Source: Paraphysomonas bandaiensis (taxonomy: Eukaryota > Protista > Chrysophyceae). From it: a DNA stretch of 64,000 nucleotides. Positions within the stretch are counted from its first letter, which is position 1. Each line of letters begins with the position of its first letter. Both the position numbers and the translations under genes were made by a program. Shown here piece by piece: positions 1-11,288 of this stretch. The stretch covers positions 1 to 64,000 of the forward strand of contig CBFFRP010000268.1 in NCBI GenBank assembly GCA_965644295.1, read 5' to 3'. The notes below the pieces were generated by a model. That model had not been told where the DNA came from and made no database searches. It saw only the letters and a list, made by a program, of their open reading frames with translations.

Positions 1-372
1 TCATAATTGAATTCAGTTCTTTCGTCATTAAGTTCGTCATTTCCTCATATATTATTCATTTTACATGTAATATATAATATATATTATACATGTTGTAATA
101 TATAATATATATTTTTATAATATTATTATTAGCTTTTAGCATCTATAATTCATCACAAATCACAACTCAATATTTCTACTCAGTCATTTTTCTATATTAG
201 CCCAAAAACTTGTATAATTCGGCTCTACATTTCTTACAAATTATTTGCAACACCAATAAATCTTGCTACAGAAATTGGAAAGTATACTTAACCAAGTAGC
301 ACATGTATAACATATATTACAAACAACAGTTCTACGATTAACAGAACGACTAGCATAAAAATTCTACAAAGA

Positions 373-2412
373 TCAAGATGGATTGTTAATAATTTTTTGG
401 GCAGTGGCTTTATAAAAGGGGATTAGTGTCACTGGTGATAAATATTGCCAGGTTCTCTGAAGCACGAGCTGTTCACTCTCAATCAGGGAGTTTATACCTA
501 AGGACGAGACGTTGCGAGGGTGTTCCACACAGAACTGCTGAGAAACTTCAGGAGGAGCAATAGCATACCTCAATTGACTCATATATTTACTGAATGCAAT
601 CTCAATAGATTCTTGAGATCTTCCCAGTTGAACACGAAACCTGCCACATACCTCAACGGCCGAAGCCACGGAGCACAAAAATATATTTCCAGGACAGACA
701 TTAACGTAGCACTTTCCTCGGTCGCCTTCATAGTCTGGTCCAGACACAAAATCATAGTTCATAAACTTATCCACCCCAAACGTCATAAACAATGTGTCAG
801 ATTGAAAGATAAGAACCTTTTCGGCATTCAGAGATAGCCAAAACTGTTTCTTCTTGAGGAGTGACTCGTATATTTCATCGTGTACAAGTTCCAGCTGGTG
901 AAATATGACGTTGTGTGTATTCCGTAGAACAAACTGGACAAAATCTCCGCTCTCCTGAGAGTGGAATACATGTAGAGCCCACCCAGGACCAAGGAAGTAC
1001 ATGGTGTTCTTCACAGCAAATTCAAACGAGGAAGATACAAAAGGGGCTATAATTACTGCAGAATGAGATGTGTTGGTGTTAGGAGTTATCTTTTTACGAC
1101 GCAACAGCGACAGAGCGGTCTGTGTGAATGCGTGGTACTTCTGTGACTCTAAGTAAATGCTATATATCCGTTCGAAAGAAGTGGTGAACCGACTCACAGA
1201 GAAGTACTCCGCCCGACGTTTGACAGCTTTCCGCAGCGGTTCCAATTCCTTGGGACTGAGAGATACTACTTTTACAGCATATTTCACAAACTCAGTGGCG
1301 TTAGAGACCACAAACCCATTTATCCCATGTGATAAAATTTCTGCGTGAGCTCCTGATGCTGAGACAATAGGAACTCCCCCAGTAGCCATAGCATCTAAAA
1401 CACTGGAATCAAATAAATCTTTCAGAATATTAGTGTTGTGTATTTTGGACCGCTTAACAGATGTACCGATGTGCCATATAAAGTCCACATTACCCAATAT
1501 ATGAGTATTGTTCACGATATCATTGCTAGTGAGAATACGCACACCCACATTCGCCTGCGCGATATTCTTCAGGGAATCTAGAATTGGAGCCCTTACTGAC
1601 ATTGGAGCTGTCAATACCAGTGTCAGACGGATATTCTTATTCGGTGCCAGCCTCTTGTAAAGATCTATAGCAAATAAGGCTGATCCACTATGTGTGCCTG
1701 AAACAGAATGTACAAAAATGCACACCTGTACTTCCGATTTTCTGAGATTTGACGACGCAGGTACTTTCAACGGGATGACTGGGGGAGGAATGACATACAC
1801 AGAAGGGTATGTCAGTCGATGCATAACCAGTTCTCTGTGGGCTTCACGTAGAGACACACTTAGGGATTTGTAAGTATGTATTGAGTCAACCAACATTAAA
1901 TCGTATGTGGACAAGCTGCGCAGTCGAGCCCAGCGGACATGCTTATCTGTGCTATCTTTTACACTATCAATAACAAACTTACATATATATATATTTAAAT
2001 TAGATCCATGACCATCAACGGCAGGTATCTTTGATACCCCTGACGAAACGAAAGTTTTATACTGTAAAGTGTATGGTAGCATGCGATACACGGGCGTCTG
2101 TATGTGTATTAGCCTCACTCGAGAATAATTCAAATCAATTCTGTGATATGCTACTGATTGTTCCAGCTGATTAATGGATTTACAAGAGTTATCTTCGTGT
2201 AGAATGATGTCAATCTCGTGTCCTCTGGACTGTAATATATATATAATCATATATAATATGCGGTCACCTCCATTGGGATATATATCATGAGATATATGGA
2301 CTCCAATGGGGTGGTTTGTGTCCTTCCACAGGGTATCAGATACCCCCGAGAGAATGGGGGGTGATAATGTGTGTAGAAGGAGAATAGTAAGGAAAGATGT
2401 GCAATATCTCAT
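373..2412 (-). CDS. Secreted/signal-anchored GT-B (GT4-like) glycosyltransferase fused to a C-terminal DUF5672-like domain
   Basis: Intronless 679-aa ORF with a hydrophobic N-terminus. GT4-like motifs: NGGDR, VLDAMATGGVPIVSASGAHAEILSHGINGFVV, EYFS..RF. DUF5672-like C-terminus: PGWALHVFHS, FWLSLNAEKVLIFQSDT, YDFV. Confidence 0.65.
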   Translation of the reverse strand: MRYCTSFLTILLLHTLSPPILSGVSDTLWKDTNHPIGVHISHDIYPNGGDRILYMIIYILQSRGHEIDIILHEDNSCKSINQLEQSVAYHRIDLNYSRVRLIHIQTPVYRMLPYTLQYKTFVSSGVSKIPAVDGHGSNLNIYICKFVIDSVKDSTDKHVRWARLRSLSTYDLMLVDSIHTYKSLSVSLREAHRELVMHRLTYPSVYVIPPPVIPLKVPASSNLRKSEVQVCIFVHSVSGTHSGSALFAIDLYKRLAPNKNIRLTLVLTAPMSVRAPILDSLKNIAQANVGVRILTSNDIVNNTHILGNVDFIWHIGTSVKRSKIHNTNILKDLFDSSVLDAMATGGVPIVSASGAHAEILSHGINGFVVSNATEFVKYAVKVVSLSPKELEPLRKAVKRRAEYFSVSRFTTSFERIYSIYLESQKYHAFTQTALSLLRRKKITPNTNTSHSAVIIAPFVSSSFEFAVKNTMYFLGPGWALHVFHSQESGDFVQFVLRNTHNVIFHQLELVHDEIYESLLKKKQFWLSLNAEKVLIFQSDTLFMTFGVDKFMNYDFVSGPDYEGDRGKCYVNVCPGNIFLCSVASAVEVCGRFRVQLGRSQESIEIAFSKYMSQLRYAIAPPEVSQQFCVEHPRNVSSLGINSLIESEQLVLQRTWQYLSPVTLIPFYKATAQKIINNPS

Positions 2413-2861
2413 GTCTTCATATATATGTATGTATGTATGTGGTGGTTGAATTGATCCTTTAAGTCTACATACATGATCGATAGGTACAGATGTACATATA
2501 TGGTAATACAGCGGTACATTTTGAAATCTATCTATCTATATGTATATGTATACTTATTTACTGACGTACAGGTCTAGCAGTACAGATATAGGTATTGATA
2601 CACACACTGCATATATGACGTACAGTACGTGGTTTCCATGCATTCCATATATATATATACAGGTACTGTACTGTACTGTACTGCACTGTTACCTCCTCTG
2701 CCTGTAATTAAACCGCATGCAGTCCACATCAACATAATACCCATGACAGTCACATAGTGTATATGCATCAATCATATCTGTGACATGATTCCAAACCACA
2801 TTTAATACAGCTACTTATAGGTCGTAAGTATTCACAGTAGTATTAATATTACTCTATAGAA

Positions 2862-3350
2862 ATGCCTGAGGCTCTCACTCATAAAGCTGCGTATGCTTTT
2901 GTGGGATGGGTAGCCACTATTGTCGCTTATGTAATATATCTTGTATGGGCATACACTCCCGACAGTATTTTGCATAGTTACGGAATCACATACTATCCAA
3001 GCAGGTTTGAATATTATATAATACATAGGGTTATCTTACGGCTTCATGCAGATACTATGCTATAGCAATTCCAGCTTATTTTTTGTTTTTATATATTCTT
3101 TGTGGAGTGGTATGTATATTCCACTGCGACGTTGAGCTGAATATAACATATATTTCAGCTATATATAGGTATCAATATGTGTATCACTCCCAGCCCTGAG
3201 GAGATGTGTACTATAAGGGATCAGTATACGAGAACAGTACCCAACACATTTGTACGATGCGGTACCAGAGATGGAATACCTGAGATTGGTGATATTGATC
3301 CAAGATATGTCAGTAAAGTACTTGCTCACTCTCGAGTATCACATCGATAA
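2862..3350 (+). CDS. PIGP: GPI-GlcNAc transferase subunit PIG-P (3 exons: ~2862-3004, 3052-3109, 3159-3350)
   Basis: Spliced product reads YAFVGWV...YLVWAYTPDSILHSYGITYYPSR|YYAIAIPAY...|YIGINM..TP...IPEIGDID, matching the PIG-P family pattern. GT-AG introns seen directly. Confidence 0.9.
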
Positions 3351-3492
3351 TACGAATTTTTAAAATCCTAGATCGTAGTATGTAAAGTGTAAACACTGTA
3401 AACTGGAAGCTAAAACGTGGTACACATATATATTCCGTGACCATGGAATGCATTGAATAATTGTGGTACAAGTAGAGTGTAGAAATATTTAT

Positions 3493-5242
3493 TTACAACT
3501 CTCCAACAAACGTAAAAAGAAGTGAACTGGCTGAATCAGAGGCTAGGAAGAGCAGCACTGATGCTACTGTAAACGCTACTACAATATGCACAGCAATCTG
3601 ACCCCCGATGTTCAGTAATCCTTCAGTCACACCTATATACGTAGAAAGTAAAAACTAACATATTTAGGCATTGCTCCTGACCTGAGTAATCACCCATTGC
3701 CAGTGAGATTAGAATCGCAACAATACTCTTAGGTGGTTGATCCTCAACCATTCTCAAGCCAAGCATCTGCACATAGTAGGTGTTATGAAATATCATTACT
3801 CGATACAACTAGTTCAGGAGAATAACATCGACATACCATGCATACAATAGAGCTACTCGCAAGCCACGAGCCCAACACGTAGGCAACACCTACAGCGATT
3901 ACAGGGTGATGTAGCATTATCCAAAATACTCCTGCCCAAGAGGAACTCAATGTCTGGTCCTGATCCTATGCGAATGCCGTTACAACTAGTACAGTGCGAC
4001 TTAATCATAACTATAAACAGCGTGATGCTGTCCATAGTTATACAAAAGAGTACATAGAAAATAACTATATAATGCGTGACACCCATAGCTCGTAAAAATA
4101 GCATACAAATAAGCACCACGACATCGAACAATGTATTGAAGCAGGTATAATCAACACAGTGAGCGCAGACAGTACTGTGCTAAACAGGGTGCATAGGCCT
4201 GATCACGTATACGTACGTGTATATACTCAGCTGACGTGAACTGAAGTAATCTGCTTCTAGCATTCATTTCTGACTCTGGCTGAATATAAGTGGATTCATA
4301 TGAGGACGGATATGTGGTGCGAAATACGAGTGTTTCGATAGCACTATTGTATCCTGCCAAAAAATATTAGTGCGATAAAACGAATCAGTAATGTATAATA
4401 TACATCATAACCCTACCAGCGAAGAGTGCCAACAAAACTGTGACTAGCAGTCGCATAACATGAACGACATCTTCTCTCTTCAGTTGCGCACTTGCGCGAT
4501 CTACAACTTGCGACGGCACCAGCTGAACAGCATCACCGCTTTGATTTTTCACTTCCTTCGCTTCCTTGACAGAATCACTGTCAGTATCAGAGGTGTGTTC
4601 TACTGCAGGAGTCTCCTACGAGCAAAATATAATAAAGAAAGAAAGTAAACACGTCCACGTACTTCAGTTTCAGAACTCTGCTTCTCTTTCCCTGAAAGTT
4701 GTTTCTTGTCAAACTCTTCAGTCAAACGAATAATTTCTTGCTCGATTTTCTTCCTTTCCTGCAATTGGGCATCTAATTTCTTCTGAACATTATCATCTGG
4801 AGTTGCTTCAGGACAAGGAGTTTCAGCACCTTCTGTTGAAGTATCGAGGTTAACATTATCCTAGATGTATACACGCCATTATCGACATAATATTACATGC
4901 CGACATCTTACAGTACTCTCCGATTCGGCTATGCTGTCTGCAGGGCTATCTTTACCCTCTGATATATTCAACTCTTTAGCTTTACGAGCTGCTAATGGAC
5001 GCCTAATTTTAGTGCCTTCCCCACTCGGCTAAATACATTCATATATCCGTAAAACAACATCAGTAATAATATAAACAAAATACATATGTAGTAGTACATA
5101 TCTAATAGAAGCTAATCATATAATATCAACTGTACCATACCGCATCTCCTTTAGCCACCGCCAGTCGATTCTCAGCTCGGTTCAGTATCTTCTTCTTTCT
5201 GGCTTCTGCACGAAGAGCAGCGGCAGACTTTTCTTCCGACAT
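3493..5242 (-). CDS. GET2/CAML-like tail-anchored protein insertion receptor (multi-exon; missed by the ORF track)
   Basis: Exon 1 reads MSEEKSAAALRAEARKKKILNRAENRLAVAKG, the basic R..R.R.KIL....RL N-terminal motif of Get2/CAML. An acidic linker and three C-terminal hydrophobic segments follow. Internal exon borders are approximate. Confidence 0.7.
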
Positions 5243-5320
5243 AATGATTGGAATAATGGTAAGATCAGTGCAATGACTCTACTCAACCAACTGAACGAAC
5301 CACGTACACTTAAGAAAAAC

Positions 5321-5600
5321 TGTATGTATGTATGTATGTATGTATGTATGTATGTATGTATGTATGTATGTATGTATGTATGTATGTATGTATGTATGTA
5401 TGTATGTATGTATGTATGTATGTATGTATGTATGTATGTATGTATGTATGTATGTATGTATGTATGTATGTATGTATGTATGTATGTATGTTTGTATGTA
5501 TGTATGTATGTATGTATGTATGTATGTATGTATGTATGTATGTATGTATGTATGTATGTATGTATGTATGTATGTATGTATGTATGTATGTATGTATGTA
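5321..5600. repeat. (TATG)n microsatellite, ~70 units, between divergent genes
   Basis: Seen directly; one TTTG variant unit. Confidence 0.99.
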
Positions 5601-5682
5601 GTTAGATATTGTTCTGATTTTAGTTATGGGGTGGATCTATCTGTGTCTGTGTGTGTATCATAGTCAGATATGTTTCTAAAGT

Positions 5683-7225
5683 ATGCGTTGTTTGACGATA
5701 TATCTCCTATCACTCAATCTAGTATACACCACTCTAACCGCCTTCACACCTCCTCTCACCTTATCCAACATCGCCTTCTTCATCACATCCACTGCAGTAG
5801 ATGAGAGCATCTTTGTACGCAGTCGTATCATCCCTGCATCTAAAACATGGATGAAACATTCCCCTCATATATATGTCATCGTTGAAGACACTCATGCATT
5901 TAGATTCAGTGTCAGACACTGTACGAAACATGAGCGTAGTAATCACACAGTATTTAAGTGTCCGGATGAGCCCACTTATCTGCTCTCTCGAGTATGTAAT
6001 GCAAACTATTATGGTCCGGCAGGTCCGTGTTGTAAAGTCGATGAAAGTATTAACTATCTTTTGTCACGACCGGAACTTCGCCATATTAAGTACTTTGCTC
6101 ATTCTGATGATGATACTTACTGGAGACCTCATCAGGTACGATTATGCATATCTAATTTGCAACTCAAATATTGTTTAAATTATTTATTAGTTATTACGCG
6201 CCCTGAGTCATCACGAACTAACAGCTGAAAATCCTTTAATTCCATGGGTAGCGAATTACTTAAACTATAATCTCGTGGATGCCGAAAGGGGTGTATGGCA
6301 TATCTCCAAATGTCATGAGATTGAAATAGGAGGATGGTACCAACCGCTGGTGATGAATAAACGGTAAGTAGTCTGTTTTAATATAAATGACTCTTTTCTG
6401 TTGTAAATAGACACAGAGGATATATGTGTACACATACAATTACATTGTATATGTGACTTTATAGTCGGAATATTGAGGTAGTAATCGATTTCGTAGGGCT
6501 TTGGAACAGCTGCATAAGTCTAGTAGTTCGTATGGGTTGTCGCAAACGTGTTGGTCGTTTGTAGTTACACATGATGTAGCAGTTGGAATCTGGGCCTGGC
6601 AGCACGGGTTAAATCACCTTCACCTTCCTTACCTTGGGGGAGATCTTAATAAGTATAGTCTTGCAGCTCATGGGTTTGGGCATCGGGCATCCATGTATGT
6701 TTATAACCCTGAATCTTGACTAATTATGTACTTGATATCTACGAATTTATTTATTTATTTATTGTGTGGCCGTCTTTCTGTCGTTCTGTCCACTGTTGCA
6801 GTGCTATTATTCAAGTCAACCTATTGTGTATCTAAAACGGATTTGCCTACAGATGTAATGATATGGAAAATTGGCCAGCTGGTGCGGTATATGACCAGGA
6901 AACTGTAATAGGCTGTGGTTCTCAGAAGTTTCGTATAAAAGATATAGGAAGTCACAATAAAGACATGTACGATGCCTATAACTGGTTCGCTTCCCATGGA
7001 AAAGATGTACAATACCCGGACCCATTTACAGTGAATCCTTTGAAAGGGTACAATGAAACAAATCATTATATACAGTTAAAGATGCAGCTAGCCTCAGGAG
7101 GTAAGTGGACAGCTTTCTCTCCGGCAGATTGTCAGCCACCTGGGTGTGTACAATCTGGAGAGAGGTGGAAAGGGGATGACTATTTCAGTGGTGACGCTCA
7201 TCCACCGACATTTTGTTTACGTTGA
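5683..7225 (+). CDS. Fringe-like GT-A (GT31-like) glycosyltransferase, multi-exon
   Basis: Signal sequence, then IAFFITST...TWM, KYFAHSDDDTYW (DDD motif) and THDVAVGIWA in a later exon. GT-AG introns at ~6136 and ~6364. Confidence 0.6.
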
Positions 7226-7251
7226 TATAGATATACCAGTTGGTTTGTCGC

Positions 7252-7553
7252 TGGGGGTATACTGGTTTATGTATATCTTCCACATCCTTCTCATGAGATA
7301 GGCAAGTTGGTGGATAGTTGATATATATCTTGCGGGTGTACCGGTTTAATATGGGGGTATACTGGTTTATGTATATCTTCCACATCCTTCTCATGAGATA
7401 GGCAAGTTGGTGGATAGTTGATATATATCTTGCGGGTGTACCGGTTTAATATGGGGGTATACTGGTTTATGTATATCTTCCACATCCTTCTCATGAGATA
7501 GGCAAGTTGGTGGATAGTTGATATATATCTTGCGGGTGTACCGGTTTAATATG
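7252..7553. repeat. Perfect tandem repeat, 100-bp unit x3
   Basis: Unit GGGGGTATACTGGTTTATG...CCGGTTTAATAT starts at 7253, 7353 and 7453; copies look identical. Confidence 0.97.
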
Positions 7554-8634
7554 TAAAACTTGGGTTCCGTTATGAGTATTTAATGTACATTTTCATTAAT
7601 CGGCTGTGTGGTGCGCGTGTGTAAATAATCATTTTAGTTAGTAGTTCATATTTTTTCTTTGATTTCCTAGGCATAATAAGCAAACAATATGTAATCTGTA
7701 ATCTACGAATATATGGTCAAACGTCAGAAAGCCATTTGGCATTTGTTACAGCACTTAAATTGTCTCTAAAATAAAGTATTTGCTTATTGTCTCAATTATC
7801 GATTCGATAGTGTCAGTATAAAAAATTAATATCATTGTAATCTACACACAACCAACATGTTTACTTTGAGGTTTCTATCAATGGATAGAAGGAAATCTCG
7901 TAGCTATATGAGCATGACACAACTCCAACCTGTGTTGCTTACGACCACCGCTTTCCTCAAGCTGTCTGACGGAACTTTTTCCTGGGAAAACGTTTTGGAA
8001 GGATTCCACCCAGTGAGTGTAAAAATATTTCGAGTTTCATTCACTGGTACTCCCCTAGTACTTTTGTACAGTTGCGAGGACCTATTTCGTCAAATAAATA
8101 TACGTATCATCTCCTGGGGTTGACAGGTTGACTATGCATGACAGTATGAGCGATGATATGATGAACTGTCACTAAATTTTGAAGTAAATGAAATGCTTTA
8201 AATTACATCATGAAATTCCAATGCTCTTGCAACAAGAGAAAAGGCTAGTATGGTACCGCGATCAATGAACGACGTCAAATGTTGTGACCAAAGAGTCATC
8301 CAATAACGGCACATGCACTATATACTACGTCAAGTAACTGAAGTGACATGCGGAAGAACTTCAACTATGTGCTTATCAAATAGAAGCGCTACAAAAGAGT
8401 GTAACCCTAATATCAAGCACATTAACGGTATTATAAACTGAATCTACCCAACAACATATTAGAAATGAACACACCGTGAAAAAATGCTATTCCTCCAGAA
8501 GGGGTGTTCGAGTTGAGTGTGTATCAGCTTGAATAAGACTGCGACACATCGTTGCGTTAGAAATTGTGGGCACTTGAGATTCAAAGGCATATCAGTTTGT
8601 CATGTGTAATTCAACTATATGAAGCATTAATAAA

Positions 8635-9888
8635 TTACCGTGCATCAGATTCATGTCGTGCTAACAACCATGGCTCGGATCCATTGTCCTGGGATACTTC
8701 CGTATACTCAGCGGCAGTACTTACCAAACGACCTGCACTTTCATCATCCAGTTCCTTTTGACGCCCATACACGGTGATTACAAGACCAATCATCACCAAC
8801 AATCCCCCCAGAATCTCAGGTAGTGTGACCACTGTACCCATGAATAAGAAAGATAATACACTCGTTCCAACGGGCTGTACGGTGTTATACACAGTAGTTA
8901 CAGCTGGTGACACACGCTTGCCCGCCCAGGAATAGGCGTTATAGGCATAAAATGTCGCAAACGTGGTGGCATAGGCGAGTGCTATCCATGGAGTCAAATG
9001 TCCATTAAAATAGAAGTCACTGCTGGTAAAGCGCGTGGTCCAGCAAATTGCCATTACTACAGTTATTACTGCAAAACATAGAGAGGTTGTTAGAAATACA
9101 TTTTGCAAGAGTCACCATATGATACCTGATCCTATACTGTAATACACAAACGTAAGCACAGTAGGGTCGTAGCGATTCAGAAGCGGTTTTTGGAAAACGA
9201 TTAAAGAGGCCATTCCAGTTACTTGAATACATACTAGGACAGTTCCCAATACTACATTGCTGCTGTCATCATCATCAGAATCTCCGGAATGCCATGTTTC
9301 AACGAGAATCGCACCTCCAACAGCACATAATATACCGACACTCTTTATAGGAGTCAAGTGTTCCAATCGAATACCGACTGATATCAGAGTTGCAATGACG
9401 GGTATGATTGGTTGCATCACACTATATCTCACCGCGGAAATATATTGAAGTGCTAAAATCGTTCCCACAACATTTATAAAACTGCAAAACCCAAGAAAAA
9501 ATACACGAATGGCATCTCTACGCTCCACATTGACAACTCGGCCACGGTAATATACCAAAGCAAGCATGAGAAGAGAGGCTAAAATTTCTCGATAGAGAGC
9601 AAATGCTAGTGCATCTGCGCCATCTTTCTAAGCACGAAGTTAGTATATGAAGTGTAAAATCAAGGTACATACCAATGCCATAGAGCCTGATTAGTAACCC
9701 ATATTAGTGTATATATATACATATGTTACATAACATAACACATAAGAGTTATTAATTAAGCTCTTACCCACAATATGCCACCCAGAGAAACACAGCTGAA
9801 CAGATATGAGAACTCCATGAACAATGGGTGTTTTCCCCCGTGATATGGCAGGTGAGGGCTTGTGTAGAGGGGGGCCCTGCTCTGACAT
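8635..9888 (-). CDS. EamA/DMT (WAT1/MtN21-like) membrane transporter, multi-exon
   Basis: Motifs VQLCFSGWHIV, FALYRE, MQPIIPVIA...RLE, PAVTTVYNTVQPVGT, LGGLLVMIGL; about 10 TM segments. ORFs 9112-9567 and 8635-9108 are joined by a GT-AG intron. Confidence 0.85.
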
Positions 9889-10235
9889 ATATATAGGAGG
9901 GTAGGGAGAGGACTTCCGAAGATTCAGAGTTGGATTAGGGGGGGATAGAAGAGCATAGGTAGGGGAGATGGGTGAGTGTCTAGATTTAACCTCCACTTTG
10001 ATGTAAAGATGTGTACAGCTGCATGATATAAGTGTGTATGTATGTGTGTATATCTATACGTAGAGTATGTGGGATGATGGGTACTTGTGGGTCGGCGGCC
10101 ACACCCCGAGAGGAGCGGTAACCTAAGTTTTTTTGGAGACTCCATACCAAATAAAGTCATCCGGGGTGAGAATTATAATACTCATCTGGTAGGTTGTAGC
10201 TATTTATATACTGTTCAAAAAACCCAAAATATAAA

Positions 10236-10236
<1 letters not shown>

Positions 10237-10266
<30 letters not shown>

Positions 10267-10378
10267 TGTATGTATGTATGTATGTATGTATGTATGTATG
10301 TATGTATGTATGTATGTATGTATGTATGTATGTATGTATGTATGTATGTATGTATGTATGTATGTATGTATGTATGTA
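10237..10378. repeat. (TATG)n microsatellite, ~35 units
   Basis: Seen directly. Confidence 0.99.
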
Positions 10379-11288
10379 CAGATTTTTTGTCTATACATAC
10401 CTGCATGTACATATGTATGGTGGATGCTGATATTGATCTTGCATCATTATATGATCCAGTGTAACTCTTTCTTACATGATATGAAGGCTGATTTGAAAGA
10501 AATCTCACAACCACCACTATCTGAAGCAAATGAATCATGCTAGTCGGAGTAGGCATTACCTCCTTTCAGTATTTAACACGTGGACGTTATCTGTCCATCA
10601 TATGGAGCATATGGCCAAATGTATAATGCTACATCTGTCTGCTGAGAAACAATCTCACTATCTATTGCTGCATATATTTCCTCTGAAATGGGTCTTTACT
10701 TCAGTATAAACTAATTGAGAATACACCGCAGGACTATAGTGGGAAAAGGTGAGTACTATGCTGCATTCAATTGAAGATTACATGAACTAGCTTCGGTAGA
10801 GTCGTTATATTAACATTATGTACAGTTTAATTGTTGATATTGACATATTATAACGTATTAAATATATGTCAATCAATGTTATGTCATGTTGTACTGGTAC
10901 TTTCATGAAATTCATAACTCACGTTTATAACTTTGCCATAGGAAAGCAAGCAATGCTAGGAACAACTCGTTCTCAGAACGGTTATGTAAACGATAAGCTA
11001 CACATTTTGTAAACAAATTCAATGAAGTAAGTAACAGTGAGCTATGATACATATTGGTAGTATATTGAATATCAGATTAATAGCCAAGGCATTACGGATG
11101 TAAGTAATGTTTTCTTAAAAAGCAAAACAAAAAACAATACCTCATTCTTTCAATTAATATGTTTAGTTGTCCGCTATAAATTGATACACATAGAGCCCTG
11201 ATGGAATACAAAACATGTATGATTATTATGCTACCGTAGAAGTCAATGCGTAAAATCTATAAACTAATCGAATTAACTTATGCACTAA

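Noticed and set aside
1-130. AT-rich window start as a telomere or centromere
   Set aside because: There is no regular telomeric unit, only a short duplicated TGTAATATATAATATATATT.
5273-5663. MYVC/HTYI-repeat ORFs here and at 10087-10556 and 27469-28094
   Set aside because: These are translations of the (TATG)n microsatellites, which have no stop codon in any frame; there is no coding evidence.
7252-7553. Possible CRISPR-like array
   Set aside because: The units are fully identical with no unique spacers, there are no cas genes, and the context is eukaryotic.
8635-9567. Alternative genetic code or readthrough suggested by fragmented ORFs
   Set aside because: The breaks examined are explained by canonical GT-AG introns.
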